A stretch of 64,000 bases of DNA, taken from Nemertoderma westbladi (Eukaryota; Animalia; Xenacoelomorpha). The position numbers and the translations under genes are program-made. Numbering within the stretch: position 1 is the first letter of the stretch; every line of letters begins with the position of its first letter. The DNA lies in NCBI GenBank assembly GCA_032718475.1, contig JAUCBJ010007760.1, positions 43,504 through 107,503 on the forward strand, read 5' to 3'. Shown here piece after piece: positions 13,308 through 26,606 of the stretch. The notes below the pieces were generated by a model that had not been told where the DNA came from, searched no databases, and saw nothing but the letters and a program-made list of their open reading frames with translations.

Positions 13308-13550
13308 AAGCAAAAGCAAAAAGCAAACAGTCGGCCAAAGCCGGAGGCGACCCGAAGGCTCCTCTTTCGATAGCTGCTACCCGAGGGTAGGGGTGGGCGC
13401 TACTCCTATCCCAAGATTTGCTCCCAGTTATTTAACTGGTACTCATTTCATCGACCCCAGTGGATGAAAGGCTGAGTGGACCCTGGCGGGGCTGAACCTA
13501 CAACCAATAGATTGCAGGCCCGGCGCTCAACCAACTGAGCTACCCCGCCC
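13308..13550 (-). mobile_element. tRNA-derived SINE with a Nin/Deu-like core and RTE-type 3' region
   Basis: Head GGCGGGGTAGCTCAGTTGGTTGAGCG (A box) with degenerate B box GGTTCAGCC; core CCACTCAGCCTTTCATCC..GGGGTCGATGAAATGAGTACC; (GCTTTT)n tail; TTATAGGGTTAAA on both flanks is a likely TSD. Confidence 0.85.
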
Positions 13551-13661
13551 TTTTTATTATAGGGTTAAACAACATTTAAACATGAAGTATAATCGATCAT
13601 AAAAATAATTTTGTAATAACACCCCCACACCCCCCCCCCCCCCCCCCCCCCGCCCCCTTAA

Positions 13662-15091
13662 CCCTATTACCACTGGGGGGGGGGGGGGGGGGGGGGCGAA
13701 TCGGCCCCTTCCTAGTTTTTAGTTGCTGTAACTATGCAACCACATTACATACCGGCCCAATTTTTATTGAGAATTAGCCAAATTTAATGCCGCATCATTT
13801 GCAAAAAACGACATTGCATTTGGATTTCTACTTTTCGATGTGGGTGCCACCTCAAAATTTGGTCTCCAGCACCAAATTTTTTGAAATTTTCGAATTTTTC
13901 AAATTCATTCGTGATTTAGTAATTATTTATGTTTGGGCTATTTCTATTTATTTTTATTGGTTTGGATCACTCTAATGCTCTATACAAGTATGTAAGTGTA
14001 GTGGTACGTCATTTTTGGAGCACCAAAATTAGGGCGTGGCACATTAAAATTTTAAAATTACTTTATTCGGAAAATTTACTAAAGTTTTGATTTCGAAGCA
14101 TTTTTATTGGTTTTCTGGAGCGCTGAATCGATTGAAAGTAATATAGAAGCCTGAAGACTTAGTGGTTCGCCATTTTTGGTGCACCAAAATTAGGGCGTGG
14201 CACTTTAAATTTTGAAAAATACGAGATTCGGAAAATACACTAAAGTTTTGATTTCAAATCATTCTTATAGGTTTTCTGGAGCGCTGACTCGATTGAAAGT
14301 AATATAGAAGCCTCAAATCCTTGGTGTACGTAATTTTCGGTGCACCAAAATTAGGGCGTGGCACTTCAAATTTTCAAAATTACTTTATTCGGAAAAAAAC
14401 ACGTTTTGATTTCAAAAAATGGCTAACCTCTAAGTCTTCAGGCTTCTATATTACTTTCAATCGATTCAGCGGTCTAGAAAACCTAGATAAATGCGTTAAA
14501 ATTTCAATTTTGGTTTATTTACCGAATCTTGTATTTTTCAAAATTTGAAGTGCCTCGCCCTAATTTTGGTGCACCAAAAATGGCAAACCACTAAGTCTTC
14601 GGGCTTCTATATTACTTTCGATCGATTCAGCGGCCCAGAAAACCTATAAAGATGCGTTGAAATAAAAAATTAGGGTCATTTTCTGAATATCTAATTTTTC
14701 AAAATTTGAAGTGCCACGCCCACTTCTTAGATGCACGTAAAGTAGCATTCACTTCAATTTTTGGAAGTGGAATATAATCACATTCGATTCAGCGCCTTGA
14801 AAAACCTACTAAATCTAGCCAACACTGCCGCACTCTTAGTTTTTAGAAAACGAAAAATTTTGTAATTTTGTCCTGGGACTACTTTTATTTTTCATCAAAA
14901 TTATAAGTCCCTGCTTATGAAATTTTAACTTTTTAAGGTTTGGTAGTGTTCATCTATAGCTGTTTCACCAACAGCCCAAATTTTGTAGGATTTCATTGGA
15001 CGATTACAAAAATATAGTGGGTGGGCCGAATCGCCGAATCGGCGGACCCCCCAGTGGTGCTAATGGTAAAAACACCCCAGTGGTGATAGGG
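13662..15091. mobile_element. piggyBac-like MITE
   Basis: TTAA TSD, TIRs CCCTATTACCACTGGGG and CCCCAGTGGTGATAGGG, internal ~130-bp repeats arranged direct then inverted. Confidence 0.85.
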
Positions 15092-15095
15092 TTAA

Positions 15096-15210
15096 GAAAC
15101 GGGCAAGTATTAGGTCCAGAACTGTACTTTTTGATGCTGAAAGGCTAAGTAGACTTTTATAAACCAAATCCTCAGAAACGGGTTTTAAAAATTTTTTTCT
15201 GAATTTTGTA
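15096..15210 (-). pseudogene. Small CR1/L2-like pre-RT fragment
   Basis: LKPVSEDLVYKSLLSLSASKSTVLDLILARFL resembles the K.xG.D.I.xRFL region. Confidence 0.5.
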
Positions 15211-15385
15211 ACATTTTGAATTCTTTTCTGAATTGTGTGCCATTCTGTCAACGCCAGCAGCCAAAAACGGACACCACATTAGGGCAAACGATAGTTTTGG
15301 TAGCTGGCAAGTGGTGGTTAAACTTACTCAATGCTTCTAACAGTCGTTTCCAGTATGATGGCAATTCAATTATACTGTTTCATCC

Positions 15386-17807
15386 CCTGTTTGGCCCAGA
15401 AGACATCAAGGGTTACACCTATAACACCAGTTCTAACAGAAATGGGTACTTACTCTTAGACCTAATGGAAGAATGTGAATTGATACCAACAAACAACACA
15501 TTCGAAAAGAGTAAGGGGAAGCTATGGACCTTTCAATACCCTAATGGAACCAAAGCACAACTGGATTACATCCTTATAAACAAAAAGTGGAGAAATAGCA
15601 TGATCAACTGCGAAGCATATAGCTCGTTCAACCTAATTGGTTCGGACCACAGAATTGTGACTGCAGAGATCAGACTCAGTTTGAGAGCCAGCAAACCCAG
15701 GACAAGCAAGCAAATCATGACTGGGAGAAACTCAGAACTGGCAATGCTGTAAAGGATGCTTATACAGTAGAAGTTCAAAACCGCTTTGAAGCACTTCAGT
15801 CAATGGATGAAGACCAATCCACCGATTCAATATACCAGAATATAATAACAGCACACAAGGAATCAGCTAAGAGGCATATCCCCCAGAAACCTAAACGAAA
15901 ACAGTATGTGCCATGGCAAAACTCTGAGGTTACTTGTAAGAGAGAAGTTCTTAAGATAGCCTACAAAGTTAAAACCGAACAACCAACAACCGAAAACATT
16001 AACAAGGTTGAGAAAGCTAAGGACGATCTTAAATTGGCCTACAACATCAGCCAGGAAAAGTACATACAGGATAAAACTGAAGCAATTACAACTGCTCACA
16101 TACAGCAACAATCAAGACTTACCTGGCAAACTGTAAATGAGGTATCTGGTCGGAAAAGTTGTGCAAAGGGGCGCCTCAAAGCCGATAGTCCTGAAGAACG
16201 TGTTGGGAAGTGGAAAAATCACTTCAGCAACTTGCTTGGGCAGCCACCAAACATCGAGGTCAGCCCTACAAGGAAAATATATGACAAGACACTACCTATA
16301 GAAACAGGGGACTTCACACCTGCCGAAGCATTAAAAGCATGTCCAATAATAAAGCGAGTGGATTAGATGAAATCCCAGCGGAGGTATGGAAAACCGGAGT
16401 GCTAAATAGACCATTATTGAATGTTTGCAACCGGATGTTAAAAGGGGAAAAGCCACCACCAATTTGAACTAAAGGTCAACTAAAGCCTCTCCCCAAGAAA
16501 GGATACCTTGGCATACCAACAAACTATCGTGGGATCTGTCTGCTTGTGGTAGCTGCCAAAATATACAATAAAATGATTCTATATAGGATTAGGCCTCACA
16601 TAGAGAAACTACTGCGTAAGAGCCAAAACGGATTTCAACCAAGTAGATCAACAATAGCTCAGATACTTGCACTACGGAGACTGATTGAAGGAATTAAGTC
16701 AAAGAATCTCCCCGCAGTCATGACTTTTGTGGACTTCAAGAAGGCATTCGACTCCATCCATAGAGGTAAAATGCTTGAAATCCTAAAAGCTTATGGAATA
16801 CCAGAAGTAATTGTTGCTGGCATTGGATTGTTATATTGTGACACAGAAGCGCAGGTACTCTCACCAGATGGTGAAACTGAGTTTTTCTCAATCCTGGCTG
16901 GCGTACTGCAAGGTGACACATTAGCACCATTACTATTTGTAATTGTGCTGGATTACGCAATGAGGACGGCCACAAAGAGTGAAGATCTGGGATTCACACT
17001 TCAAGAATGCAGAAGTAGTAGATATCCGGCAACTACAGTCACAGACACCGACTTTGCGGATGACATCGCCCTGCTCTCTAATACGCTAGCAAATGCACAG
17101 CTTCTACTAAATAAAGGGGAGAGGGCTGCTAAGGAGGTTGGATTGCATATAAATGCTACCAAGACCGAATTCATGACCTTTAATGTTGATGGAAACTTGA
17201 CAACCATTGATAATAATCAACTAAGGAAGGTCGATGACTTCCAGTACCTTGGATCATGGATAGAGAGTAGCAAAAAGGACATAGAAGTTAGGAAAGCAAA
17301 GGCTTGGGTAGCTCTATCAAAAATGGATACCACCTGGAAATCAGATCTCTCCAGGCACCTGAAGACCAAGTTCTTTCGAGCCACAGTGGAAAGTGTATTT
17401 TTATACGGGGGTGAGACCTGGACACTGACTAAATCACTTGAACAACGAATTGATGGTTGCTACACAAGACTACTAAGGGCAGCCCTAAACATCAGCTGGA
17501 GACAACACATGACAAACGCCGAGCTTTATGGTACAATACCACCTGCATCAACCACCCTCCGTGAACGCAGATTAAGATTCAGTGGGCACTGCTGGCGAAG
17601 TAAAGACGAGGTCATACCAGATCTACTTCTCTGGCAACCAACTCATGGAAAGCGTAGTCGTGGACGACCTGCCATAACATATATAGGTCAACTTGAAAGG
17701 GATACTGAACTTGGGAGAAACGAAATTACGACAACTATGGAGAATCGGGAAGCCTGGAAGGATCTCATTTCCACTGTCCGAGTTCGCTCGACCTAGTTGT
17801 AGTAGTA
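15386..17807 (+). mobile_element. RTE family A LINE, 5'-truncated and frameshifted
   Basis: APE end (QLDYIL, SDH), RT motifs (FVDFKKAFDS, GVLQGDTLAP, FADD), (TAG)n tail, TSD GTTTCATCC (15377-15385 and 17808-17816). Confidence 0.95.
16546..17796 (+). pseudogene. RTE reverse transcriptase domain (open 416-aa segment)
   Basis: ORF track and RT motifs. Confidence 0.9.
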
Positions 17808-18219
17808 GTTTCATCCACAGTATAATGTCTTCAGCCAGTTTTTAACAAAGCCATCCATAATAAGATCTCCAAGATCAACGGCTCATCAATTCTTCTAGAA
17901 CTGTCTCGCTGCCGTGAATCCCCATGGCTGAATGGCAGTAAACACCGTTAATTAAATAGGGAGGCATGCGGCAATTCTTACGAGAACCCTTGTTAGTATT
18001 GTGGTGTGACCTCAGAAAAAGGTGTTACAAAATGAAAACCACCTTTTGGCTTTAATATCGAAAAGTATGGATTAAGGTACTCCACAATAGTACCAGCACA
18101 TTCAGGAGTGCGAGTGGCAAAGACACCCAATCACAAATTGTGTTTGTGAGTAGCTGTGACGGGATCCGATTTGGCTGTGATCCCGACCAGTGTTTGTGTC
18201 CTGTTTCTTTACGCGTCGC

Positions 18220-18757
18220 TACTACTACTACTACTAGGATCGGCATGCTGCATTGCAGCTGCATTTTTAAGAATGCTGTGCCGGCTTGTCAACAAAATTG
18301 CACTGCCACAACTCCCTATCACCCATGACATTTGCTAGATCATCCGCATCTTTAAGGCCAGTGTCCTTTAAGATGCGTCTCAAGAAAGTCATGGGCTGTC
18401 TACCATGCTTGTTCACTCCATGAGGCTGCCAAAGTACAAGATTATGCACTGGCTGGTCCTCACGGCAAAAGCAATGTCCTGCAAAGCAGAGGCGATTTTG
18501 TTCTAGTGTCAAGCTTGGGGGAACCAATGAGACACCTCCAATGTTATATAGTGTCTGGTTGGAGATGTGTGCATTGTACTTGACACAATGAACCCGGCGT
18601 AGCATTCTTGTGAATGTGCCATCCAGAGATTTGGTGTCCTCAGCAGTTAGAGCCCAGCATGGACTCCCGTAGAGGAGTACTGGAACTACTGCTTCTCTAA
18701 ATAATCGGACCTTAAGTTTACGATTAATTCTCGGTGACTTCCAAATCCTGGAAAGCC
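18220..18757 (-). mobile_element. RTE family B, 5'-truncated insertion
   Basis: RT C-terminus, (TAG)n tail, TSD TTACGCGTCGC (18209-18219 and 18758-18768). Confidence 0.93.
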
Positions 18758-19512
18758 TTACGCGTCGCAGCATCCGCCGAGGCGTACGGCGCGTAAATGA
18801 CATACGGCTTAAAGGCCGAAGGCTGGTATAATAATAACTTAGTTTTGGTTTATCGTTGTTGATAATGTCAGATATATAAGTACTGGAAATACAGCTCAAT
18901 CAGTATAGTACAATAATAGCAGAAACGATGACGACGGTTTAAACCGTTCGACTTCTACACTGAACAATAGCCAAGTGAATCACAATTAACAGAGTAACGG
19001 TTACATATTGCATGGAAGATTGCACACATTCCTACCTATGTTTTGGCCTACCAATAAATTCGCGCTAATTGATGATAAGCTGCCCCACCATTGGTTGGTT
19101 TACCCTTTGGCCACTCCCTGTAATACCTGGCCTTATGCTAGCCTCTCCCTAAGATGTATTGGTATCATCTCCAAGCTGGCATTATTGCCCTGTTCCCTTC
19201 TGGTATGCAATGAAATTGGGTAATATTGCATAATTGCTTGTGATTCATAAATCACAGTTCCCCATTTTCTTACTGGGTGGTGTGCAGCGAATGGATACGC
19301 TAACAGTAGCCTATTTAATACCGGTATCTTTAACTAATAAAAGGCAATAAATAATTAGTTTAATTATTTTATCAATACACAGATATTAAAGGATACAGGT
19401 AAAATGAAAGTAAATTGAGGGGGATGGTACCCCAGGCTATCCCCAACATCAAGACACATCTGGAACCTAAAAAAATTAGAAATTTATTTTTGTGTCTATG
19501 TTCGAGGGTCAC

Positions 19513-22500
19513 TTACTACTACTACTAGTATCGGGATGCTGCATTGCAGTTGCATTTTTAAGAATGCTGTGCCGGCTTGTCGACAAAATTGTGCCGCCAA
19601 AACTCCCCATCACCCATGACATTTGCTACCATCACGACATCACCATCACGACATATGATCATCCGCATCTTCAAAGCCAGTGTTCTTTAAGATGCGTCTC
19701 AAGAAAGCCATGGTCTGTCCACCATGCTTATTCACTCCATGAGGCTGCCAAAGTACAAGATTATGCACTGGCTGGTCCTTACAGCGAAAGCAATGTCCTG
19801 CAAAGCGGAGGCGATTTTGTTCTAGTGTCAAGCTTGGGGTAACCAATGAGACACCTCCAATGTTATATAGTGTCTGGTTGGAGATGTGTGCATTGTACTT
19901 GACACAATTGTTCGCGCTTTTAGACCTTTAGCAGTTTAACCTGCCAATTTTAATTGTCTTTTTGTATATCAATTATTTAATGTACTGAAGTTACATCAGC
20001 CGAAGCCAGCCTGTGCGCGACCATTCACCCACAGTTAAGGGAGACTGGATTCGGATGCTTTGATAGTGATTGCAGTGTAGACCTACTGTATTATTTGATT
20101 GATCGTTAATATATAATCTCTGACAATATATTTACTTTCGGGGAAATATTAACAGTTCCTTTAGGACGTGGCGCTTTAAGTATAAAAACAGAGTTATGAC
20201 TTATACTAATCACAACTGGATGGCTACTGAGTTTCGTAAAAAGCGCATTCTTTAGGAGATGTTTTATTAACCTTCACACTACTTCACACGACTTAACACT
20301 ACTGCGCACTGATCTGCCGACCGTCACTGAATTTGATCATATATAAGGAGGATCGCAACTGACACATGTAGGGATCATGAAATAGCATTTAATTCACACA
20401 AAACCACTATAATGTAAGTCGCAGTTGCTACCGGTAAACCTGTTCCTCTAACCTTCAGTAATCAAGAAGATTGGGGGTTTTATGATTATTCATCGGTATT
20501 CTCCAAATATATCAGCAATATACACCAATTAACAATAATTAATAACAGAAGTAAAATAATGCGGTGAACAGTCAGTATGTGTTACTTATGCAGTGTTCCA
20601 TGTGCAGCAATGTTGACTTGCGGTGTGATGCGGTGTGCTGCGTTAATAGTTTTACGTTCTTGTAATCAAAGCCATCTGATGTTTCTGATGTTTAGGTCAA
20701 AGTCTGAAACTTCCAACACAGAAGTACAGAAGAATTTCCAAGCAGTTCTCTCGCTCAGAAAGGTAAACAAAGACCGTAATGCATTGCGCGGTTTTCCATT
20801 GGCCTCTGTACGAAATAAAATGAAAATCGCTCTGATTGGCTGAGCAGAACAAAGAGATGTTCCACGTTTACAGTAAATCAGCTGACAGATTTCGTCATCT
20901 GAGTTCCAGTCTTTTATAGTATTAAGCGCATTGCGGCAGAAAATGGCTTGTTATGTCCGCTAAAGCACCTACACGGTACATTGCGGAGAAAATGGCTTGT
21001 TATGTCCGCTAAAGCACCTACACGGTATATTGCGGAGAAAAATGACTTGTTATGTCCGCAAAAGCTTTTACAACAATGAACCCGGCGTAGCATTCTTGTG
21101 AATGTGCCATCCAGAGATTTGGTGTCCTCAGCAGTAAGAGCCCAGCATCGACTCCCATAGAGGAGTACTGGAACTACTGCTGCTCTAAATAATCGGACCT
21201 TAAGTTTCCGATTAATTCTCAGTGACTTCCAAATCCTGGAAAGCCTATTCAAGGCTGCCCATGCCTTCCCCTTACGTATTCGAAGGTCCTCACCTGACTT
21301 CCAGATTCATGATCCCAGGTAACAGAAGTCGTCCACATGCTCAAGCATACCTTCCTTTGAGCTTATGCTCATCCGATCAGAGACTTGCTGAGAACTTTCA
21401 AAGTTAACTGTCAAAATTTTGGTCTTTCTGGAGTTAATAAAAAGACCAACACTAGAAGCAGCATGTTCTAATGAGCTGAGGAGCCGTTGCGCTCCCTCTA
21501 GTGATTCTGAGAGTACTCCTAAGTCATCAGCAAAGTCTAGATCAGTTATGTACTTGGCAGGATTTCCTCGACTTCTGGAGCCAGTAGGTGGAGTTATCAT
21601 CACTCCATCATCATTATGATGATCTAAGGACATGCGTAGAACATAGTCAACCACAATTATGAACAAGAATGGTGCAAGTGTGTCTCCATGGAGGACGCCC
21701 CATAACACTTCAAATGGTTCTGTGTCACCATCAACAGTAGACACAACTGTTGTCGAACCATCGCATACTGATCTGATTGCTGCAATAATTTCATCAGGAA
21801 TCCCATATAATGAAAGTATGCTGAACATACCTGAGCGAGAGACTGAATCAAAGGCCTTGAAGAAGTCAACAAAGATAACAGTCAGATGCCTGTCTTTCTT
21901 TTTTGATAACTCTTCAATAATCCTTCTAAGTGCCAAAATGGGCTCCATGGTCCCACGACCTTTACGGAACCCATTCTGATTTCCACGGAGCAGTCTCTCA
22001 ATGGGATCCCTGATGCGATTTAATAGAATCCTATTGTATAGCTTTGCAGCAATCGAGATCAATGAGATTCCCCGAAAAGAACCATAGAGTGTTAGGTTGC
22101 CCTTCTTGGGAACTGGCACCAACTTATTTGTTTTCATTTCTTGTGGGACTCTTGTTGTTCGGTACATGTCTACTATGATGGGATAGATGAGCTTTAAACA
22201 CTCAGGTATTTTAAAGACCTCAGGGGGAACACCATCTACTCCACTGGCACGATTGGTCTTAATGCTCTTTGCAGCAGCCTTCACTTCTGCAAAGGAGATA
22301 TCGCCAATGGGAATATCTGGGAGTACAGACTCAGACACTTTTACTTCTATAAAGTTATCAGGCAATACCCTGTCATTATTGAGGAGCTTTTCAAAGTGGG
22401 CTTTCCAACCATTGAGGCGATCGGCTGGTGATTCAGCCTTAACCTTGGTGGTTGGTTGGCTTTTCCGCCCAGTAAGCAGATTGATCGATTTCCATGCCTG

Positions 22501-22887
22501 GGATGATTGCCTGCTGTCGTCAGCATCATTGATGGCAGCAACCTGTTGGTTTATTAGCTCCTGTAGATTAGCAGAGTACTGCCTGTTCAGGGACCTAGAT
22601 GCAGCCTTAACTGCATTCTTGGCCGCTGTAGTCTGTTTGAGTCGGGACTCTTTCTGCGCCTTATGAAGGTCATTTCGGCACTTCTGAATTTTGTTGTCAG
22701 TCCAGGGGGCCCTTTTCATGTTTCGAGGGTATACAGGAACTGTTTCTGCAGCTGCTAACTTAACTGCTTCTGTAAAGGCAGTATAGCCCTCACAGTGATC
22801 TGCCGTCTCAGAGGCAAGAGCCTCATACCTGTTGCTCAGCTGTAGTGTGAAGCGAGATCTCACACTTGGGTCACTTAATTGCACCAA
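19513..22887 (-). mobile_element. RTE family B LINE, truncated and split by solo LTR S2
   Basis: RT ORF 21307..22887 (FVDFFKAFDS, GVLHGDTLAP, FADD). The sequence resumes across the LTR and matches the 18220-18757 copy. Confidence 0.93.
19909..21072 (-). mobile_element. Solo LTR S2 (1164 bp) of the BEL/Pao family
   Basis: TGT...ACA termini, TSD ACAAT (19904-19908 and 21073-21077), ~50-bp tandem repeats at ~20929-21060. Confidence 0.95.
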
Positions 22888-23169
22888 AATCCAAAAAATG
22901 ACACATTTTCGAAGTTCATATTAGAAATACATTTGAAAGTTGTTTTAAACACAGCAAACCTGCTGCGAAAATTTCACCCAATTCATGAAGCCGTTGTCGA
23001 GAAAAAGGTACATTTATCTCTAAATTTCACAAAAAAGTAAATGCTGAGAAAAACGCTTTTAAAGTTTTCAAACCTTCCCGCTAATTTTATGTAAATCGCA
23101 GGAAATTTCAAAATAAGCCAAATAAAATAAACTACTCCAGCGAATAAAATTAACGATTAACACTGAGTT

Positions 23170-23810
23170 CATTGCTGATATCTGTTTTAATGTTTGATGA
23201 CATCTGGACTGTCTGTTTGTCTGTCTTTCTGTCTGTCTGTCTGACTGTCAATCTCACAGACAATAAATAAGTAAGCCCACCTTATGATTAGGGGGTTTTC
23301 CTAGTCGCTGATTCCATTTCCGATGTCAATTTCAATATTTGACTGAACCTAGAATATCTGTTGTTATGTCTGTCAAAATATAAGGAGGCATATCACCTGA
23401 ACAGAAATTCTGATATGGGGGTTTTCCTAGTAGCTGATTTGATTTCTAATACCCGTTTAAATATTTGATGACATCTGGACTGTCTTTCTGTCTCTCTGTC
23501 TGACTGTCGGTCTCACAGACAAAATATAAGTAAACACATCACTTTACCATAATTTATGATATGGGGGTTTTCCTAGTCGCTGATTTCATTTCGATGTCAT
23601 TTTTAATAACCGAATGAACCTAGACTGTTTGTTTAAGTCTGTCTGTATGTCTTCCTTGACAGACAGATCGACTGACAGACAAATATACAGGCTCCTCCAA
23701 ACACGAAAGATAACACCAGAAATGAAATCACCGACCTTAAAAACTCCCACAGTGAAAATTTTAGTTACGTAGTGTGCTTCGTTATGGTTTTGACAGACAG
23801 ACTGACAGCA
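23170..23810. mobile_element. Helentron/DINE-like non-autonomous repeat
   Basis: Three copies of GGGGGTTTTCCTAGTMGCTGATT interleaved with (TCTG)n microsatellites. Confidence 0.5.
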
Positions 23811-23858
23811 CTTTTATGAGACCGTATATGAGACTTTTTAATACCTTTTTAAGACCTG

Positions 23859-25078
23859 TGTACGCGCTTTTGAAGACCTTTAGCAGTTTAACCTGCCAAA
23901 ATTTATATGTCTTTTGGTTTATAAATAGACTTTAGAAATTGACAAATATTTAATACCAATAAACACAACATTAGCCGAAGCCAGCCTAGTGCGCGTCCAT
24001 TCACCCGCTGGATATTCCCGGGAGACTGGGTTCGGATGTGGCTTAAATTTTATTATTGCAGTGAAGCCTACTGTATTATTCGATTGATCGTTAATAAGTA
24101 ATTTCTGACAAATATTATTCACTTTCGGGAAATATTAACAGTTCCTTTAGGACGTGGCGCTCTACCTAAGTAAACAGAGCTATGACTTATACTACATGCA
24201 ACGGTAAGGCTTATGATTCACGTATAAGGCGCATTCTTTAGGAAATGCTTTGTTATCAGTCACAATCATGCACACTACCGGTATCGCACAATACTGCACA
24301 CTAATCTGCCGACCGTCAATGAATTTGATCACACATAAAGAGAACAGCAATTGACCTATGTAGTGTCTATCAAATAGCATTAGGTTCACTAAAAACCACG
24401 ATAACATAAGTCGCAATTGTTATATATAGCCTGTCTCTCTAACCTGTAGTGTATCAAGAAAATTGGGAAATTTGGGTTCTTTATAGATGTTCTCCAAATA
24501 ATAATATTCAACCAACTGATAAACACAACAGTAAATAACATTAAGACGGTAGGTTAAGATAATGTAACACGCTGACAATGCAGCAAACACAACCGATCGG
24601 GCAGATCGGGCCTATAACAGTTATACATTCTATAATTTAAGCCTACTAATGTTTTACTAAAAGTCTGAAACGAGTCATTCCAAAAGCCGATGTTCTGGCG
24701 TAGGAGGAATAACAACACACACTGTCCTCTGTCCCTGTTGCAGGTATCTTTTACACAGAGAGGAATAGCTCTCATTGGCAGAACACCAGATTCCACAGGT
24801 TCCACGAATATCTAAATGCCGAACTATCAGGATTTTTGCATCCCTTGGCCAGCACACAAAATGAGTCACTCCGCTCGGTTGTCCTGGTTGCATACTCTGC
24901 TGCTATAGCTCTGGTTGGCCGATAGAACATAGCAAAGAACCCCTCGTACAGCAAATCAGCCAATCAGCCGGTCGCTTGTATCATTCGAGTTAGTGAGCCT
25001 TTTAGAGTATTCCAGCGCCTGGGGGGAAACTGGATTGCAAAGCAAAAGGGCCAGTTATATCCCACAGAAGCTTTTACA
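23859..25078 (-). repeat. E1 3' LTR
   Basis: Direct repeat of 38554-39773. Confidence 0.97.
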
Positions 25079-25086
25079 CCGCTCCC
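25079..25086 (-). other. Polypurine-tract-like site GGGAGCGG abutting the 3' LTR (also 41151-41158 in E2)
   Basis: Position, and identical sequence in both elements. Confidence 0.7.
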
Positions 25087-25156
25087 AGAAAATGGGATTT
25101 AAGTCTATAAAATATACAAAATCACAGTTTCTAATATACGTAAATACTCTAAACAG

Positions 25157-26606
25157 TTAGTCTTTCTTACGCGGACGGCGTTTACGCAGTTTTTTAAAGC
25201 TAGCCAGAGTCTTTTTCTCTTTGGGGCGAGCCACTTTACAAGGAGGGCTATAACTCCTGGGTGAAGGGTGCAATATGATTGCATCAGAGGGTGTAGGATT
25301 ATGGTCGGTGTATCCGCCAGTCGAAGTGCCGGGTTGATTGACATCAACGTCGGGGGAGAGGGGTCTAACGGCCTTGAGAGCGCGTTTTAGGATGGCCGCT
25401 CGTACGGGTCCTTTACGAGTGGTCTGAACGAGAGCCGTGGGTGGACCATAGGCAGTCAGAAACTTCCTGGGTTTAATGGTTCTTTCCAACTCGCGTTCGC
25501 GGGCTCGGTATTCGTAAGGCCATCGATATACTTCCTGTAACTCGGGGTGTGAGTTAACAAATAAGTCTCCATAGTCCGGGTCCTGACGGATATAATTGAT
25601 TAAGCTATAGGAATGAAGGTCGCTAGGATTAACACTCCTAAGAAATTTGCGTACGAACTTGGTTGAAATACATTCTCCAACGCGCTTCAGTAGTTCGTAA
25701 CTCGATATGCGTGATTTCTATTCGACAGAAGCGAATAGATAAGGATGGAACGCATAAACTCCTTCGTAAGCGCGTCCAGGATAATAACGATGGCGCGAAT
25801 CACAATGTAAATCAGCGCTCGCTTCCCAAGCTCTGATGTAACGTAGTGTGATCATTTCATCTACGCTTTCCAAATCGTGATTAAAAGGGCAATCGAAACT
25901 GGCGTGTCCCTTTAGTTGACAATGTTGCCATTGAGTCATAAATTGAGGGCAAACTGCAAAAATGTGCAAGTTATTGAGTCTGCAATACGCGCAATAAATT
26001 TCCATCGCTGGTTGTTCGTGGAAATAGGAACAGCGGACGTTTGTGTCCATGGGCGTAACATGGTCTCTCGATGCGCATAACCAACAACGTTGCCGAGAAA
26101 CATAGTTGGCATGGCGATAATCGTACGCAGTGAGACACTGTGGACCTTGATACCATTCTAGGAGGTAATCGTTGTCGCTGTTCCGGGCGCGATAGGCTGA
26201 ATCTCCTCAGATTCTAGGCATATTGGTTCGTCTTCCCAGTCTGTTACGAATATAATTTTCGTGATCTATTCTCGGTTTATCGTTACGACTCCGCTGGGTA
26301 TGATATTTAAATAGAACCATTTCCCTTTTCGGTGTTTACATCGTCTGTATCATGTAAATCGATAGGATGGCCGGTAGTTAGGAAGTCCATATACGTACCA
26401 TTACGATGCGTATAGCGAGCGGTGAATTTTCGATAGTCCAATTCACGCGTAAGTTGCTCTTGGGACATCGGCGGTTTGATATAACGACCATCGTCCTCCG
26501 TAATGGTGGGATCGGCTTCACCGCGTATCAAGCTATCCACAAATGCTTGTAAAGGTAGAGTATATCGCTCCCTGATACCAAGATCATCTTCTATCAACTC
26601 CGTCAT
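25157..26606 (-). pseudogene. E1 accessory 3' ORF(s) encoding a zinc-knuckle protein; disrupted
   Basis: Homologous to E2 41229-42667. There is a premature TAG at 25718 and a 1-nt indel near 26325 relative to E2. Confidence 0.75.

Noticed and set aside
13480-13550. tRNA gene
   Set aside because: The T arm and acceptor stem are degenerate and it is fused to a SINE core and tail.
22888-23165. Possible DNA-transposon (Kolobok-like) end fragment
   Set aside because: Only vague motif resemblance; no TIR pair or TSD was found.
24192-24416. Similar small ORFs in several LTRs (4855..5049, 24192..24416, 38887..39111)
   Set aside because: The homologous frame in S2 has stops and the alignments have frame-breaking indels; the similarity follows DNA/RNA conservation.
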